Assembly: GCA_965285935.1 (NCBI GenBank)
Contig: OZ260666.1
Location: forward strand, 22,754,001 to 22,818,000
Source: Ophelia neglecta
Taxonomy: Eukaryota
Direction: 5' to 3'
Length of the DNA: 64,000 nt
The notes beneath the pieces were generated by a model. It ran no database searches, was not told the DNA's origin, and was given only the letters and a program-made list of their open reading frames with translations. Numbering within the stretch: the stretch's first letter is position 1; each line of letters starts with the position of its first letter. This document shows, piece by piece, positions 63,744 through 64,000 of the stretch. Made by a program: the position numbers and the translations under genes.

Positions 63744-64000
63744 TCAAACATTATAAATATATGCTGTGACCATTCTACTCATTTTATACGGAAGCTTCAA
63801 ATCACACATTTCCCACTCATCGGCCTCGATGTTATATCTTTGTATACAGTCTAGCGTGGTGTTGTCGTTTTGACTATGACCTCCAATGATATAAAACCAG
63901 TTTTTTATCCTGACTGAGCAACCCAAACCGCAAGCAAACTTAGGAGGCGAGAGTTCCGTCCACTGATCTTGTATTATATCATAACACTCTGTTGACATAA
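63744..64000 (-). CDS. BTB-BACK-Kelch copy 4, C-terminal end only (runs off the window)
   Basis: ECYDIIQDQWTELSPPKFACGLGCSVRIKNWFYIIGG...VTAYIYNV*. The 3' flank matches those of copies 1 and 2. Integrity of the rest is unknown. Confidence 0.85.
   Translation of the reverse strand, partial: MSTECYDIIQDQWTELSPPKFACGLGCSVRIKNWFYIIGGHSQNDNTTLDCIQRYNIEADEWEMCDLKLPYKMSRMVTAYIYNV

Overview
AT-rich, repeat-dense eukaryotic DNA from an invertebrate animal (probably a lophotrochozoan; inferred from gene and transposon types only). The left half (1-30 kb) holds the last coding exon of a class A peptide-type GPCR (844-1686, +), a spliced PAN/apple + fibrinogen-domain (FReD) gene (23825-24958, +), many MITEs, LINE fragments, a Harbinger remnant and several minisatellites. 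The right half (about 31-64 kb) is a tandem array of ~10-11 kb units, each with a minus-strand BTB-BACK-Kelch gene whose CDS lies in one exon. Copy 1 (32660-34738) has one in-frame stop, copies 2 (42718-44805) and 3 (52346-54433) are intact, and copy 4 starts at 63744 and runs off the window. The most notable signal combines three observations. (i) Kelch differences between paralogues concentrate at loop positions that form the substrate-binding face. (ii) Copies 1-3 each have a conserved upstream module, read on the minus strand: GGGAATTTCC (NF-kB consensus), TATAAA, a short non-coding exon and a GTAAGT donor. (iii) The copies are patchwork mosaics, with GC-rich GGACTGAG minisatellites in the predicted first intron. 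Together these suggest a diversifying, possibly infection-inducible family of Cul3 adaptors. That functional reading is inference and has not been tested.
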